Source: Bacteroidales bacterium
Lineage (GTDB): Bacteria; Bacteroidota; Bacteroidia; Bacteroidales; UBA3824
Reading direction: 5' to 3'
NCBI GenBank assembly: GCA_017960885.1
Contig: JAGCYI010000219.1
Span: forward strand, 19,782 to 83,781
DNA length: 64,000 nucleotides
Shown: positions 1-9,679 of the stretch, piece by piece
Position numbering within the stretch: position 1 is the first letter of the stretch
Layout of the letters: each line of letters begins with the position of its first letter
Position numbers and translations under genes: made by a program
The notes under the pieces: model-generated
The model's database searches: none
What the model was told of the DNA's origin: nothing
The model's input: the letters and a program-made list of their open reading frames with translations, nothing else

Positions 1-1
1 C

Positions 2-247
2 AAAAACGAAGCTAAAGACATCATTTCCGAACGTCTCGAATTTGTAAACGGCATGTCGAAAGACGAATTGAGCGACTATTACGACGACATCCTTCTCGAC
101 TTCGACACCGCCGACGCTAAAAAAACAGGCCTCGGATTCTCCGACCTGCGCATCAAGAGCGACCGTCCGCTCAAATACCGCTTTATGAACATCAACGAAG
201 CACAGCAGTTCTATATATTACAGACAGCAGTAACAATTAAGAATTAA
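2..247 (+). CDS. 3' end of a CDS that begins left of the window (about 81 C-terminal aa, function not recognisable)
   Basis: The frame of the 53..247 ORF stays open back to base 2 (KNEAKDIISERLEFVNG-MSKDEL...). It lies on the same strand, 15 bp upstream of the DUF1987 gene. Confidence 0.5.
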   Translation, partial: KNEAKDIISERLEFVNGMSKDELSDYYDDILLDFDTADAKKTGLGFSDLRIKSDRPLKYRFMNINEAQQFYILQTAVTIKN

Positions 248-262
248 CAACACCTAAGCAAA

Positions 263-637
263 ATGGAAAAATTAATCATCGAAGAAACAGAAGACACGCC
301 GGAAATCATCTTAGACCCCGAGCAAAACATATTTAAGATATCAAAAATCTCAGTGCCAGAAAACGCGCTCGACTTTTACAAGCCCGTTCTCGAATGGATC
401 AAGGCATACGCCGAAAATCCAAACGTGCAGACTGTGTTTGATTTCGACCTCGAATATGTAAACACCGCATCAAGCAAGCAGGTTATTCAGGTTATCCTCT
501 CGCTACAAAAGGTGGCAGAAAAAAGCGACGTTAAGGTAAGGTGGTACTACGAGTCGATCGACGAAGATATGAAAGCTCTCGGAAACCGCTACAAAAAACT
601 CGTCAACGTGCCTTTCGAACTCGTTGAAATAGAGTAA
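263..637 (+). CDS. DUF1987 / SiaC-family regulatory phosphoprotein
   Basis: The 124-aa protein has the family-typical 'DLEYVNTASSKQVIQVIL' block. Thr68 (ACC, 464-466) sits in the N-T-x-S-S motif. Confidence 0.7.
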   Translation: MEKLIIEETEDTPEIILDPEQNIFKISKISVPENALDFYKPVLEWIKAYAENPNVQTVFDFDLEYVNTASSKQVIQVILSLQKVAEKSDVKVRWYYESIDEDMKALGNRYKKLVNVPFELVEIE

Positions 638-643
638 CAACAA

Positions 644-2680
644 ATGACCGACAACGAAACCATCGACATATCCGAGTACAAACGCCTTAAAGAAGAAAAC
701 GCCACACTTAGAACTATGCTGCGGCGTTATCTTATATTTGGAGAATACGGCAAGTTCAACAACCTTGAAGCCGACCTTTCCAAACAACTCCAATATGCCG
801 AGGAAGTTAATTCGCGCATTTTCGACAACATGCTCACGGCTGCTTTTGCCGGCGACATCATTTACGACGACAAAGGCCTGCCCATCGATTTTGTTATTAA
901 AAAGGTTAACCCTGTTTTCTTAAATTTTGCAAAGCAGCGACCCGAATCTATCATAGGACGCAAAGCCTCGCTTTCGGGTGTCCTCTCCATAGAAACCTGG
1001 TTGCCGCTTTTGGCGCAAGCCGCCGAAGCTGAAAACCAAAGCTCCGGAACTATCCACGACGGCAACTACTCTTACATCGTATCGGCTTTCGCCACCACAA
1101 AGGGCTCGTTTATTGCCACTTTCCAGAATACCGACATCAACGTTGAATCAGAAAGCCGCATACGCCAGAGCCTCAGCCTCACACAAATGATGCTCGACGC
1201 TCTTCCCACTCCTGTGTTCTGCAAAGATATGGAAGGTCGTTACACCCTTTGCAACAAGAGCTACGCCACAAACGTGCTCGGTGTTTCGCCAGACACCATA
1301 ATTGGTCGTACCGCTCTCCAACTCGAAAACTTCTTCCCGAAAGAATACGCCGACTTTTACCAAGAAAAAGACATCCAGCTAATCAAAGACAAGGGTATAC
1401 AGATATACCAAGGACCCATCAAGTGCGCCGACGGCATAGTAAGGGAGTATATCGTAAACAAAACCCTCATCAAAAACAGCGACGGCGAATTTGCCGGCAT
1501 TCTTGGCGTTATGCAGGATATTGACCGCATGATAAAAGCACGCCGCGAATTAGCCGAAAGCGAAACCCGCTACAAGACACTTTTCAACGGCATCAGTCAG
1601 CCTATTATAGTGGTGGATACCGAAGGCAACATCATAATGCTCAACAGCACCGCGGTTGAACTCTTTGAAGAAGACGACAAAGACATTTCTTCTGGCGACA
1701 ATGTTCCTGCAGCGCAGCTAATCGACATAGAACTTATCAAAAAAATATCGGAAACGGGCGTTACCCAAACCCGCAAAACCTGTGTAACTATCAATGGAGA
1801 AGAACGTTGGTATCTAAGCACCATGCAGCCCATCAACGACTTTTTTGGTGAAAAAGTCATTCAGATAATATCCAACGACATTACCGAAATCAAGCGTTAC
1901 CAGACCGAACTTCTCGGACAGAAAAAGAAAGCAGAAGAATCTAACCGGCTCAAAACCGTATTCTTAGCCAACATCGCCCACGAAACACGCACTCCCGCTA
2001 ACATTATCAACGGATTTGTGCAAATGATACAAAACGGCATGTCGGCAGAAAAACACAAGGACTATCTCAACCTTATCAACACCAACTGCAAAAAGCTCCT
2101 CGCCATTATCGACGATATCGTAGAACTATCTATGATAGAAACCGGTCAGAAAAAACTAAGGCACGAAATATGCAGTATCAACAGCATAGTGGAAGAATCG
2201 GCATCGTACCTCAACCAGCTTATTGGCGAATCGGGCAAAAACATCAAGACTGAAAAAAACAAGCCCGCCGAAGACCTCGACAGCTTGGTATACGCCGACT
2301 CAATGTGTATCAACCAGATATTTAAAAAGTTGATAACCAACGCTGTAACCTTTACAAACGAAGGCAAAATTTCGATTGGAGCACGCATAGTACCCGCGCA
2401 AGGTAACACACCCGCCGACACAGCTTTCTATGTGAGCGACACTGGTATCGGAATTCCCGAAGACAAGCTGAGCGTAATTTTTGAAAAATTCCGCCAGGGC
2501 GACGAAGGTGCAGCGCGACAGTACGGAGGCAACGGTCTCGGACTGTCTATCGCAAACGAACTTGTAAAACGGATGGGCGGAAGAATCGAAGTTAAATCAA
2601 AACAAAACGTAGGAACCACTTTCACCTTTTATATACCGTACCAAAAAGCAGGACTGTTGCAGCAAAACAACATATTATGA
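644..2680 (+). CDS. PAS-domain sensor histidine kinase (complete catalytic motifs)
   Basis: H-box is FLANIAHETRTPANIINGF and N-box is ITNAVTFTNEGKI. G1 is VSDTGIGIP, F-box is IFEKFRQG and G2 is GGNGLGLSIAN. PAS-like segments precede the H-box. The start lies 7 bp after the DUF1987 stop. Confidence 0.9.
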   Translation: MTDNETIDISEYKRLKEENATLRTMLRRYLIFGEYGKFNNLEADLSKQLQYAEEVNSRIFDNMLTAAFAGDIIYDDKGLPIDFVIKKVNPVFLNFAKQRPESIIGRKASLSGVLSIETWLPLLAQAAEAENQSSGTIHDGNYSYIVSAFATTKGSFIATFQNTDINVESESRIRQSLSLTQMMLDALPTPVFCKDMEGRYTLCNKSYATNVLGVSPDTIIGRTALQLENFFPKEYADFYQEKDIQLIKDKGIQIYQGPIKCADGIVREYIVNKTLIKNSDGEFAGILGVMQDIDRMIKARRELAESETRYKTLFNGISQPIIVVDTEGNIIMLNSTAVELFEEDDKDISSGDNVPAAQLIDIELIKKISETGVTQTRKTCVTINGEERWYLSTMQPINDFFGEKVIQIISNDITEIKRYQTELLGQKKKAEESNRLKTVFLANIAHETRTPANIINGFVQMIQNGMSAEKHKDYLNLINTNCKKLLAIIDDIVELSMIETGQKKLRHEICSINSIVEESASYLNQLIGESGKNIKTEKNKPAEDLDSLVYADSMCINQIFKKLITNAVTFTNEGKISIGARIVPAQGNTPADTAFYVSDTGIGIPEDKLSVIFEKFRQGDEGAARQYGGNGLGLSIANELVKRMGGRIEVKSKQNVGTTFTFYIPYQKAGLLQQNNIL

Positions 2681-5600
2681 AACACACATTAGCATACATA
2701 TTGGCAATAACGTTGATGACGCTTGTGGGGCAGGTCAAGGCTCAAACCGACTCCCTCGCCGAACAATACAAGTCGCTCACCGAACAATACAACGAGTATA
2801 TCAACACCGAACCCTTTGTGGCTCTTGAGTTTGCGGCACAAGCAAAGCAGATCGCAGAACAATCGTCAGACTCTGCTAATATTGCCACTGCATACAAAAA
2901 CATTGGTTTTGGATACTACAAAACACGTGTTTACTACCTTGCTATCGAAGCGCAGTTTAAGGCTTACGAAATATACGCCAAATTCAACCAAAACGACAAG
3001 ATGGCTCTCTGCCAAATCGACATCGCCCGCACATACTACGCTCAAGAGGCATACGACCTCGCTGAAGAATACTGCTCTAAGGCTATTGAAATATGCCGCC
3101 AATACAAATATCCCAACATTCAAGCCACTGCGCTTACTCTCCTGGGCGACATCACTATCAAAAACGACGAAGACGACGCTCTCAAAAACCTGATTGCCGC
3201 ACGCACGCTATACGAAGAACTCGAAGCCGTTGACAAAATACTTGAAACCAATATCAAAATTGCTCAGGCATACGCTATTATCAGCGAGCAGGACAGTGCC
3301 ATGGAGATTCTCGAATCGTGTCTTGACCAATATCAGCAGAAAAAAGATATTTTCGGACTCGCCAACACTATGGAGACCTACGCCTACGTATATCTCACCG
3401 ACGACAACGCAGAAAAAGCTGCCGAATGGCTCAAATCGGCCTACGAACATTATGCAAAGGCAGGTCGTCAGCACGAATCTCTCGTTGCCCGCACAAGGTT
3501 GGCTTCTTTGCAAATCGACTACAAAATGGACGAACAGGCGAGAATAAATGCTGAAGCTGTGCTTCATGATGCCGAAATGGAGGAGATGAACACAGGCATT
3601 TCCGAACTCCGAATAAAAAACAAGTCGTGCGACATTCTGCGTACTTTTTACAAACGCCACGGACAATTCGACAAAGCGCTTTATTATAGCGAACGCTACG
3701 CTGAAACCTCCGACAGCATTTTTGAACAAAAGAAAAAGGAACAGTTTTCTGAATTTCAAGTCAGTCTCGAAAGCCAAAAGCAGCAAAAAGAGATTGAAGC
3801 TATTCAGTATCAGGCAGAACGCGACAAGTTTAACCTCGAACGCAAGCAAAACAACCGAAACATTATTTTCCTTATTGTTGTGATACTGCTTGTGTTTGTG
3901 GTAGTGGCTATCTACTATTTCCGTTACAAAGAAAAAAACAACCACAACAAGCTTCTGTCGGACTCTAACCAGCGAATGCAGATAGAAATTCAGGAGCGCA
4001 AACTCGCCGAAGCCGAACTACGCAACAGCGAAGAAAAATACCGTCTGCTATTCCGCAAAACCCCTATCGGCATTATTCAGTTCAACGACAACTTCAAGAT
4101 AACCACCGCCAATGAGCGCATTGCGCAGATTTTTAACCTGAAAAACAAAAACCTTACAGGTCAGGACATTACAACGGTAGTTCCACAAGAAGTTTTGCGT
4201 GGGTTCGACATCTCTTCTGAAGCGTCAAACCAAAACGACAAAACATCTAAACAAGAATACGAAATCAACACCGACAATGGCAAGGTATACGCCTCTATCA
4301 CACTCAAGCCATACCATTACAACACCGGCAGAGAGGTTGAAAAGGGCGGCATTATGATTGTGGAAGACATCACCGACCGCAAAATTGCAGAAGAAAACGC
4401 GTCGCAACTATCACAAAAGCAATCTTCCATTCTCAATATCCTGCCCGAAACCATCTTCAGCATCGACCAGAACGGCACGTTCACCTACGCCAAGATTCCG
4501 GGCGATGGTGATGCCGAAAAACAATACATCGGCCGCAATATGCGCGACAAATTTGATTCCGACCTGCTACTGCAATTCCTTGTGGCTTTCAACGAGGCGC
4601 AAAACAGCGACGACCCGCAATATGTTGAGTATCAGAAAGACGGCAAATATTTCGAAGCACGCTTTGCCCACAGCAACAACAACACCGTGCTTATGACAAT
4701 CCGCGACATTCCAGCCATAAGAAACATAAGCAGCAACAGTGGCAGCGACATCGGAACCGCATCCAAGGCAAAAAGCGAGCTCCTGCTCAATATGACACAA
4801 AACACAAAGCAGCCCATCGAAAACATCATTGTGTCTGCCGAGAACCTTTCTGCCAACACCGCTCAGCCCGAAACTGCGGCAAAAGCTACTGGAATACTCA
4901 AAGACGCCGTTTCGGTGCACGAAACACTCACAGAGATCTGGAATCTCGCACGAATAGAGTCTGGCAAAAGCCTTTACACCCGCATTGCCGACCCGAGACA
5001 GATTGCCGACGACATTTACAACATATTCAAGCAAAACGCCGAGGAGAAAAACCTCAAATACACTCTCGATGTGGCTTCCGACGTGCCAAAACTCTTAATC
5101 GCCGACGGTGTAAAACTCAGACAGATACTCTTCAACCTTGTAAGCAACGCCATCAAGTTTACCGACTCGGGTAGCGTAAGGCTTCATGTGGCTGCTATGG
5201 ACACCTCAAACAACCACACCACGCTGATTATTACCGTGTCTGACACTGGTGTAGGATTGTCGAAACAGCAAACCGACACAATTTTTGCTATTGGCGAAAA
5301 GATAAACCGCTCTACAGGCATGGAACTCACTGCACGTCTTGTAGAAAACCTCAAAGGCACTATCACTATCGACAGTTCTATAGGTCAAGGTTCAACATTT
5401 ACAGTAACGATCAAAGATTTAAGCATTTACGACACCGACAGCGACGAGGCTAAAGACATTATAGACATAGCCACCTCATCGTCGAGCAAAAAGAAAGACG
5501 AGTCGCAGCGCGAGTTTGTTGCCTTGCTAAAAGAACAGATCATTCCCGAATACCGCCAGCTCAAAAAGAACATTTCGTTCGAGGGTCTGTTGAAATTTGC

Positions 5601-5754
5601 CGAAAGTTTCAAAGAAAAGGCACAACAGCATCAGATGGACAAAGCGGCAGCTATGGCTTCTGGCATTATCCACTCTATCAAAAACTTCGACATCAACTCC
5701 ATTACCATTGCTCTGCGCAGGGTAGAAAGCTACATCATAGAACTTACCAAATAA
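2677..5754 (+). CDS. TPR / TM / PAS sensor with a degenerate histidine-kinase core (probable pseudokinase)
   Basis: Signal peptide, TPR-like N-terminal half, one TM helix (IIFLIVVILLVFVVVAIYYF) and PAS segments. HisKA-like 'LLLNMTQNTKQPI' has Gln708 (CAA, 4798-4800) where His is expected. N-box and G1 (SDTGVGL) are present, but G2 is replaced by STGMELT. ATGA overlap with the upstream kinase. Confidence 0.8.
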   Translation: MKHTLAYILAITLMTLVGQVKAQTDSLAEQYKSLTEQYNEYINTEPFVALEFAAQAKQIAEQSSDSANIATAYKNIGFGYYKTRVYYLAIEAQFKAYEIYAKFNQNDKMALCQIDIARTYYAQEAYDLAEEYCSKAIEICRQYKYPNIQATALTLLGDITIKNDEDDALKNLIAARTLYEELEAVDKILETNIKIAQAYAIISEQDSAMEILESCLDQYQQKKDIFGLANTMETYAYVYLTDDNAEKAAEWLKSAYEHYAKAGRQHESLVARTRLASLQIDYKMDEQARINAEAVLHDAEMEEMNTGISELRIKNKSCDILRTFYKRHGQFDKALYYSERYAETSDSIFEQKKKEQFSEFQVSLESQKQQKEIEAIQYQAERDKFNLERKQNNRNIIFLIVVILLVFVVVAIYYFRYKEKNNHNKLLSDSNQRMQIEIQERKLAEAELRNSEEKYRLLFRKTPIGIIQFNDNFKITTANERIAQIFNLKNKNLTGQDITTVVPQEVLRGFDISSEASNQNDKTSKQEYEINTDNGKVYASITLKPYHYNTGREVEKGGIMIVEDITDRKIAEENASQLSQKQSSILNILPETIFSIDQNGTFTYAKIPGDGDAEKQYIGRNMRDKFDSDLLLQFLVAFNEAQNSDDPQYVEYQKDGKYFEARFAHSNNNTVLMTIRDIPAIRNISSNSGSDIGTASKAKSELLLNMTQNTKQPIENIIVSAENLSANTAQPETAAKATGILKDAVSVHETLTEIWNLARIESGKSLYTRIADPRQIADDIYNIFKQNAEEKNLKYTLDVASDVPKLLIADGVKLRQILFNLVSNAIKFTDSGSVRLHVAAMDTSNNHTTLIITVSDTGVGLSKQQTDTIFAIGEKINRSTGMELTARLVENLKGTITIDSSIGQGSTFTVTIKDLSIYDTDSDEAKDIIDIATSSSSKKKDESQREFVALLKEQIIPEYRQLKKNISFEGLLKFAESFKEKAQQHQMDKAAAMASGIIHSIKNFDINSITIALRRVESYIIELTK

Positions 5755-5774
5755 GCAAGCCGTATATAACTGCA

Positions 5775-6119
5775 CTATTTTTTTAGCGGTGCCACACCCT
5801 CTACCACCACAATCTTTTGCAGCGAACCTAATTTAAAAGCCTCGTACACCTTGCCGCTAACCTTAACTTTCTGACCTACTGGAGGCAACACTGTACGGCT
5901 TTCATCGGCAACCACAGTAATTTCTCCGCTCTTGTCGGCCACTCTGAAAGTCTTGACTACAAAAAGGTTAGTGGTGTTCATCACACGTCCCTTAATGGTA
6001 ACAGCGTCGTCGTGGTAGCGGTAGGGTTCCGAGTTTATGCTGCCGATTTTCACTGTGGAACATCCTGCCAGCATCATTGCAGAGGCTGAAACAGACATAA
6101 TAAATAATCGTGCTTTCAT
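5775..6119 (-). CDS. small lipoprotein, function unknown (possibly OB-fold-like)
   Basis: Lipobox MMLAGC|S after a signal peptide. 114 aa, beta-rich sequence. Confidence 0.6.
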   Translation of the reverse strand: MKARLFIMSVSASAMMLAGCSTVKIGSINSEPYRYHDDAVTIKGRVMNTTNLFVVKTFRVADKSGEITVVADESRTVLPPVGQKVKVSGKVYEAFKLGSLQKIVVVEGVAPLKK

Positions 6120-6203
6120 TTTTATTAGTTTTATTCGGTGATAAATTTACAACAAAAATCGATTTTTTTTTCTAATTTTCGTCAAACCTTACACATATTT
6201 TCT

Positions 6204-6211
6204 TATATTTG
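6204..6211 (+). promoter_or_regulatory. candidate Bacteroides-type -7 promoter box (TATATTTG)
   Basis: Exact match to TAnnTTTG, 25 bp upstream of the ATG at 6236. Confidence 0.45.
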
Positions 6212-6235
6212 TAGAAACAAAAAATATCTTAGATT

Positions 6236-7807
6236 ATGTACACAAACCAGAACTTATACATAGCACACTGCGCCGACGGTCCTATCAACCTTATAGGCAA
6301 AATGGCTAACAGGCACGGATTAATCGCAGGAGCGACAGGCACGGGCAAAACCGTAAGCCTCCAAGTAATGACAGAAACATTCTCACAGGCAGGCGTTCCT
6401 TGTTTCGCCGCCGACATGAAGGGCGACCTCTCAGGCATCTCGCAAACAGGCAAGATGTCGGGCTTCATTGAGAAACGCTGCGCCGAGTTTGGCATAGAGA
6501 ATCCGCCATTCCACGGCTGTCCCACACGCTTTTACGATGTATATGGCGAACAGGGCGTTCCTATGCGCACCACCATCTCTGCCATGGGTCCGCAGTTGCT
6601 CGGACGTCTTTTTGAGCTCAACGAAACACAGACTGGAGTGCTCAACATCATATTCAAGATAGCCGACGACAACGAACTGTTGCTCATCGACCTCAAAGAC
6701 CTCCGCACCATAATAGATTTTGTAGGACAAAACACATCCAAGTTCACCACCACATACGGCAACATCTCTACGGCAAGTCTCGGTGCCATCAGCCGCGCCA
6801 TTCTCGCCATCGAGAGCGAAGGCGGCGACAAATTCTTCGGAGAACCAGCATTCGATATCGAAGACCTCATCGACACCGACAAGGGTCTCGGAGTGGTAAA
6901 CGTTCTCGCAGCCGACAAGCTGATGATGCATCCCAAGCTCTACTCCACATTCCTATTGTGGATGATGACCGAACTCTACTCGAGACTCCCCGAAGTGGGC
7001 GACCTGGAGCTACCCAAACTCGTATTCTTCTTCGACGAGGCGCACATGCTTTTCGAAGGCACATCCAAGGCTTTGGTAGAAAAAATGGAACAGATTATCC
7101 GTCTGATACGCTCCAAAGGCGTGGGCATATACTTTATCACACAGTCTCCATCCGACGTACCCGACGACATTCTCGGACAGCTTGGCAACCGCATACAGCA
7201 CGCTCTCCGCGCATTCACACCCAAAGACCAGAAGGCAGTTAAGGCTGCAGCGCAGACATTCAGAGCCAATCCGTCGTTCGACACCACCGAAGCCATCACC
7301 AACCTTGGCACAGGCGAGGCTCTTGTTTCATTCCTTGACCAGTCGGGCTCGCCGTCGATAGTTCAAAAAGCGAAGATTCTCTTCCCGCTGAGCCAGATAG
7401 GCGCGGTAACACCCGAGCAGAGAGCGCAAATCAGAGCAGCCGTTCCTGTAAAAATCAAAGAATACGAAAAATTCTTCGACCGTGAAAGCGCCTACGAAGT
7501 GATACTCGCCGCACAAGAAGAGGCAGCACGCGAAGCCGAAAAACAGCGCGAGCTCGAAGAGAAAGAGAAAGAAAAAGCCAAAAAAGAGAAAGAGAAAGCC
7601 AAAGCGTCCAAATCGTCGTCGTCAAGTTTCAAGCGCACAATCTTTGGCACACTTATAGCCACAGCCGGCACAGCCATGGCACGCGACCTCGGAAAATCTG
7701 TGGCAAAAAGCATCACTGGCAAGTCCACAACCAAGAAATCATCGTCGAAAAAATCATCGTCTGGCGGTGGTCTCTTAGGTTCCATACTCAAAAACATTTT
7801 CAAATAA
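6236..7807 (+). CDS. HerA-like / DUF853 (YjgR-type) P-loop ATPase
   Basis: Walker A is GATGTGKTVSLQ and Walker B is LVFFFDEAH. The Lys/Ser-rich C-terminal tail is typical of the DUF853 family. Confidence 0.8.
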   Translation: MYTNQNLYIAHCADGPINLIGKMANRHGLIAGATGTGKTVSLQVMTETFSQAGVPCFAADMKGDLSGISQTGKMSGFIEKRCAEFGIENPPFHGCPTRFYDVYGEQGVPMRTTISAMGPQLLGRLFELNETQTGVLNIIFKIADDNELLLIDLKDLRTIIDFVGQNTSKFTTTYGNISTASLGAISRAILAIESEGGDKFFGEPAFDIEDLIDTDKGLGVVNVLAADKLMMHPKLYSTFLLWMMTELYSRLPEVGDLELPKLVFFFDEAHMLFEGTSKALVEKMEQIIRLIRSKGVGIYFITQSPSDVPDDILGQLGNRIQHALRAFTPKDQKAVKAAAQTFRANPSFDTTEAITNLGTGEALVSFLDQSGSPSIVQKAKILFPLSQIGAVTPEQRAQIRAAVPVKIKEYEKFFDRESAYEVILAAQEEAAREAEKQRELEEKEKEKAKKEKEKAKASKSSSSSFKRTIFGTLIATAGTAMARDLGKSVAKSITGKSTTKKSSSKKSSSGGGLLGSILKNIFK

Positions 7808-7929
7808 ATCATAAATAAGTTTAAATAAGGCAACATAATAAAACCGCAAACGTTTGTTAAAAGTGTAATGGAGAAAACCAAAAACACTTTTTAATAATAG
7901 ACAATTTCTAACATAAAACAACGAGGAAG

Positions 7930-8841
7930 ATGAATAGACTTACAATTCTAACAGCGCTAATCTGTTTGTCGCTCACGGTTATGGCACAGCCGCAAATGGT
8001 AAAGGTAGAAGGCGGAAGTTTCTCAATGGGAAATCCCGGCACTTCGGCTCCCAAAGGCGATGCCGACGAACGTCCTGTACACGATGTAAAGATAAACACC
8101 TTTTACATAGGCAAGTACGAAGTTACAGTAAAGGAATACAAGCAGTTTATTAACGACAAGCAAGGTTCAAAGTATTTCCCTGGCAAACGTGGCGTCCATC
8201 AGATGCCTGCGATTCCCGACTCAAGTTGGCTTGCAGAACATCCCGACACCAGAAAATACTACCCTCTTCCCACTCAGAAATGGTGGGGCTGGGTCGACGA
8301 CTATCCAATGCACAAGATTTCGTGGTACGATGCCGTGGCTTTCTGCAACTGGCTTAGCGACAAGGAAGGCTTAGAAAAATGCTACGTTGAAAACGAAGAC
8401 GGCGGCATAGATTGCAACCTTACCAAAAACGGATACCGTCTGCCAACCGAGGCAGAATGGGAATACGCCGCTCGTGGTGGTAAAATGTCGAAACGTACTG
8501 CTTACGCTGGTAGCGCTTCTCCTGCTACTGTGGCTTGGTACGACGAGACTTCCAAACTCCGTGGCCCGCAGAAAATTGGTACAAAAACTCCCAACGAGCT
8601 CGGTATCTACGATATGAGCGGAAACGTTTGGGAATGGTGCACCGACTTCTACGCCAAAGATTTTTATTCAAAGAGCAAAAAAGACAATCCGGTTAACACC
8701 AACATATCGCCCTATCGTGTAATACGTGGAGGCGGTTGGCACTACAATGCCGACTACGCAACTCTTACAAGCCGCGACGGTCCAGAACCTGCTTTCGCAA
8801 ACTTCAACTACGGCATGCGACTCGCACGCAACGCGCAATAA
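7930..8841 (+). CDS. secreted FGE-sulfatase (SUMF1/EgtB/PvdO-fold) domain protein
   Basis: Signal peptide. Motifs YRLPTEAEWEYAARGG, GNVWEWCTDFY and RVIRGGGW. Confidence 0.85.
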   Translation: MNRLTILTALICLSLTVMAQPQMVKVEGGSFSMGNPGTSAPKGDADERPVHDVKINTFYIGKYEVTVKEYKQFINDKQGSKYFPGKRGVHQMPAIPDSSWLAEHPDTRKYYPLPTQKWWGWVDDYPMHKISWYDAVAFCNWLSDKEGLEKCYVENEDGGIDCNLTKNGYRLPTEAEWEYAARGGKMSKRTAYAGSASPATVAWYDETSKLRGPQKIGTKTPNELGIYDMSGNVWEWCTDFYAKDFYSKSKKDNPVNTNISPYRVIRGGGWHYNADYATLTSRDGPEPAFANFNYGMRLARNAQ

Positions 8842-8870
8842 TTTTTATTAGCGGTTCTAAATTTAAGCGG

Positions 8871-9671
8871 ATGAAAGCAACTCAGTTTATAGCATTATCG
8901 GCACTGCTGCTTGCCTCGGCATGGCAGCAGTGGTCGTATGCTCAAACCACAAACCCGCCAGACATGATTTTTGTAAAGGGCGGGCAGTTCAAGATGGGCT
9001 GCGCTTCGTGCGGAGGCGATGAGATTCCTGTGCACAATGTCCATCTGTCCGACTTTTACATAGGCAAATATGAAGTTACCGTGGCTCAATACCGCGCATA
9101 CTGCAAAGCCACAGGGCACGCTATGCCGAGCGACCCGCCACCTTCATGGTACGAAGAACACGAAAAGGCTATCAAATGGCAATGGAACGACACCTACCCT
9201 ATCGTCAATGTAACATACTATGACGCAAAGGCTTATTGCAAATGGCTATCGGAAACTACCGGCGAAAAATACGACCTTCCCACCGAAGCACAATGGGAAT
9301 ACGCCGCTCGTGGTGGGCAGCAGTCAAAAAACTACACCTACGCTGGTAGCAACAATATCGACGATGTGGCTTGGTATGACGAAACCACAGGAGAAAAAGG
9401 TCTGAAACAAGTTGGCAGATTAAAACCAAACGAACTGGGTATCTACGATATGAGCGGCAATGCGTGGGAATGGTGCTTAGATTTTTATGGCAAATATCCG
9501 TCAAACAATCAACGCGACCCACAAGGTCCTTCAAAAGGCGATTTCCGCATAATCCGAGGCGGAAGCTGGTATTATGTCGACGATATGGCTCGAGTTACAG
9601 GTCGCGACGGTCCAAAACCCACATTCACAAACTACAACTACGGGTTCCGTGTGGTTAAAAACAAAAAATAA
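8871..9671 (+). CDS. secreted FGE-sulfatase domain protein (tandem paralog)
   Basis: Same motifs as the upstream gene (YDLPTEAQWEYAARGG, GNAWEWCLDFY, RIIRGGSW). I chose the ATG at 8871 (MKATQFIALSALLLASA signal peptide) over the upstream ORF start, which overlaps the previous gene. Confidence 0.85.
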   Translation: MKATQFIALSALLLASAWQQWSYAQTTNPPDMIFVKGGQFKMGCASCGGDEIPVHNVHLSDFYIGKYEVTVAQYRAYCKATGHAMPSDPPPSWYEEHEKAIKWQWNDTYPIVNVTYYDAKAYCKWLSETTGEKYDLPTEAQWEYAARGGQQSKNYTYAGSNNIDDVAWYDETTGEKGLKQVGRLKPNELGIYDMSGNAWEWCLDFYGKYPSNNQRDPQGPSKGDFRIIRGGSWYYVDDMARVTGRDGPKPTFTNYNYGFRVVKNKK

Positions 9672-9679
9672 CCCGTATT

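Noticed and set aside
6236-7807. HerA-like ATPase as part of an anti-phage defence system
   Set aside because: It has the stand-alone DUF853/YjgR architecture with a Lys/Ser-rich tail. There is no adjacent nuclease, Sir2 or DUF4297 partner, and the flanking genes are ordinary.
8736-8870. Upstream ORF starts for several genes (8736, 12246, 22568, 56282, 36190, 51034, 34953)
   Set aside because: In each case the extension overlaps the preceding gene or an AT-rich promoter region. An internal Met (ATG) directly precedes a signal peptide or the conserved N-terminus.
7930-9671. Calling the two SUMF1-fold proteins formylglycine-generating enzymes (sulfatase maturases)
   Set aside because: The segment aligning to the FGE active-site Cys pair contains no cysteine in either paralog. 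Only the fold-level call is supported.
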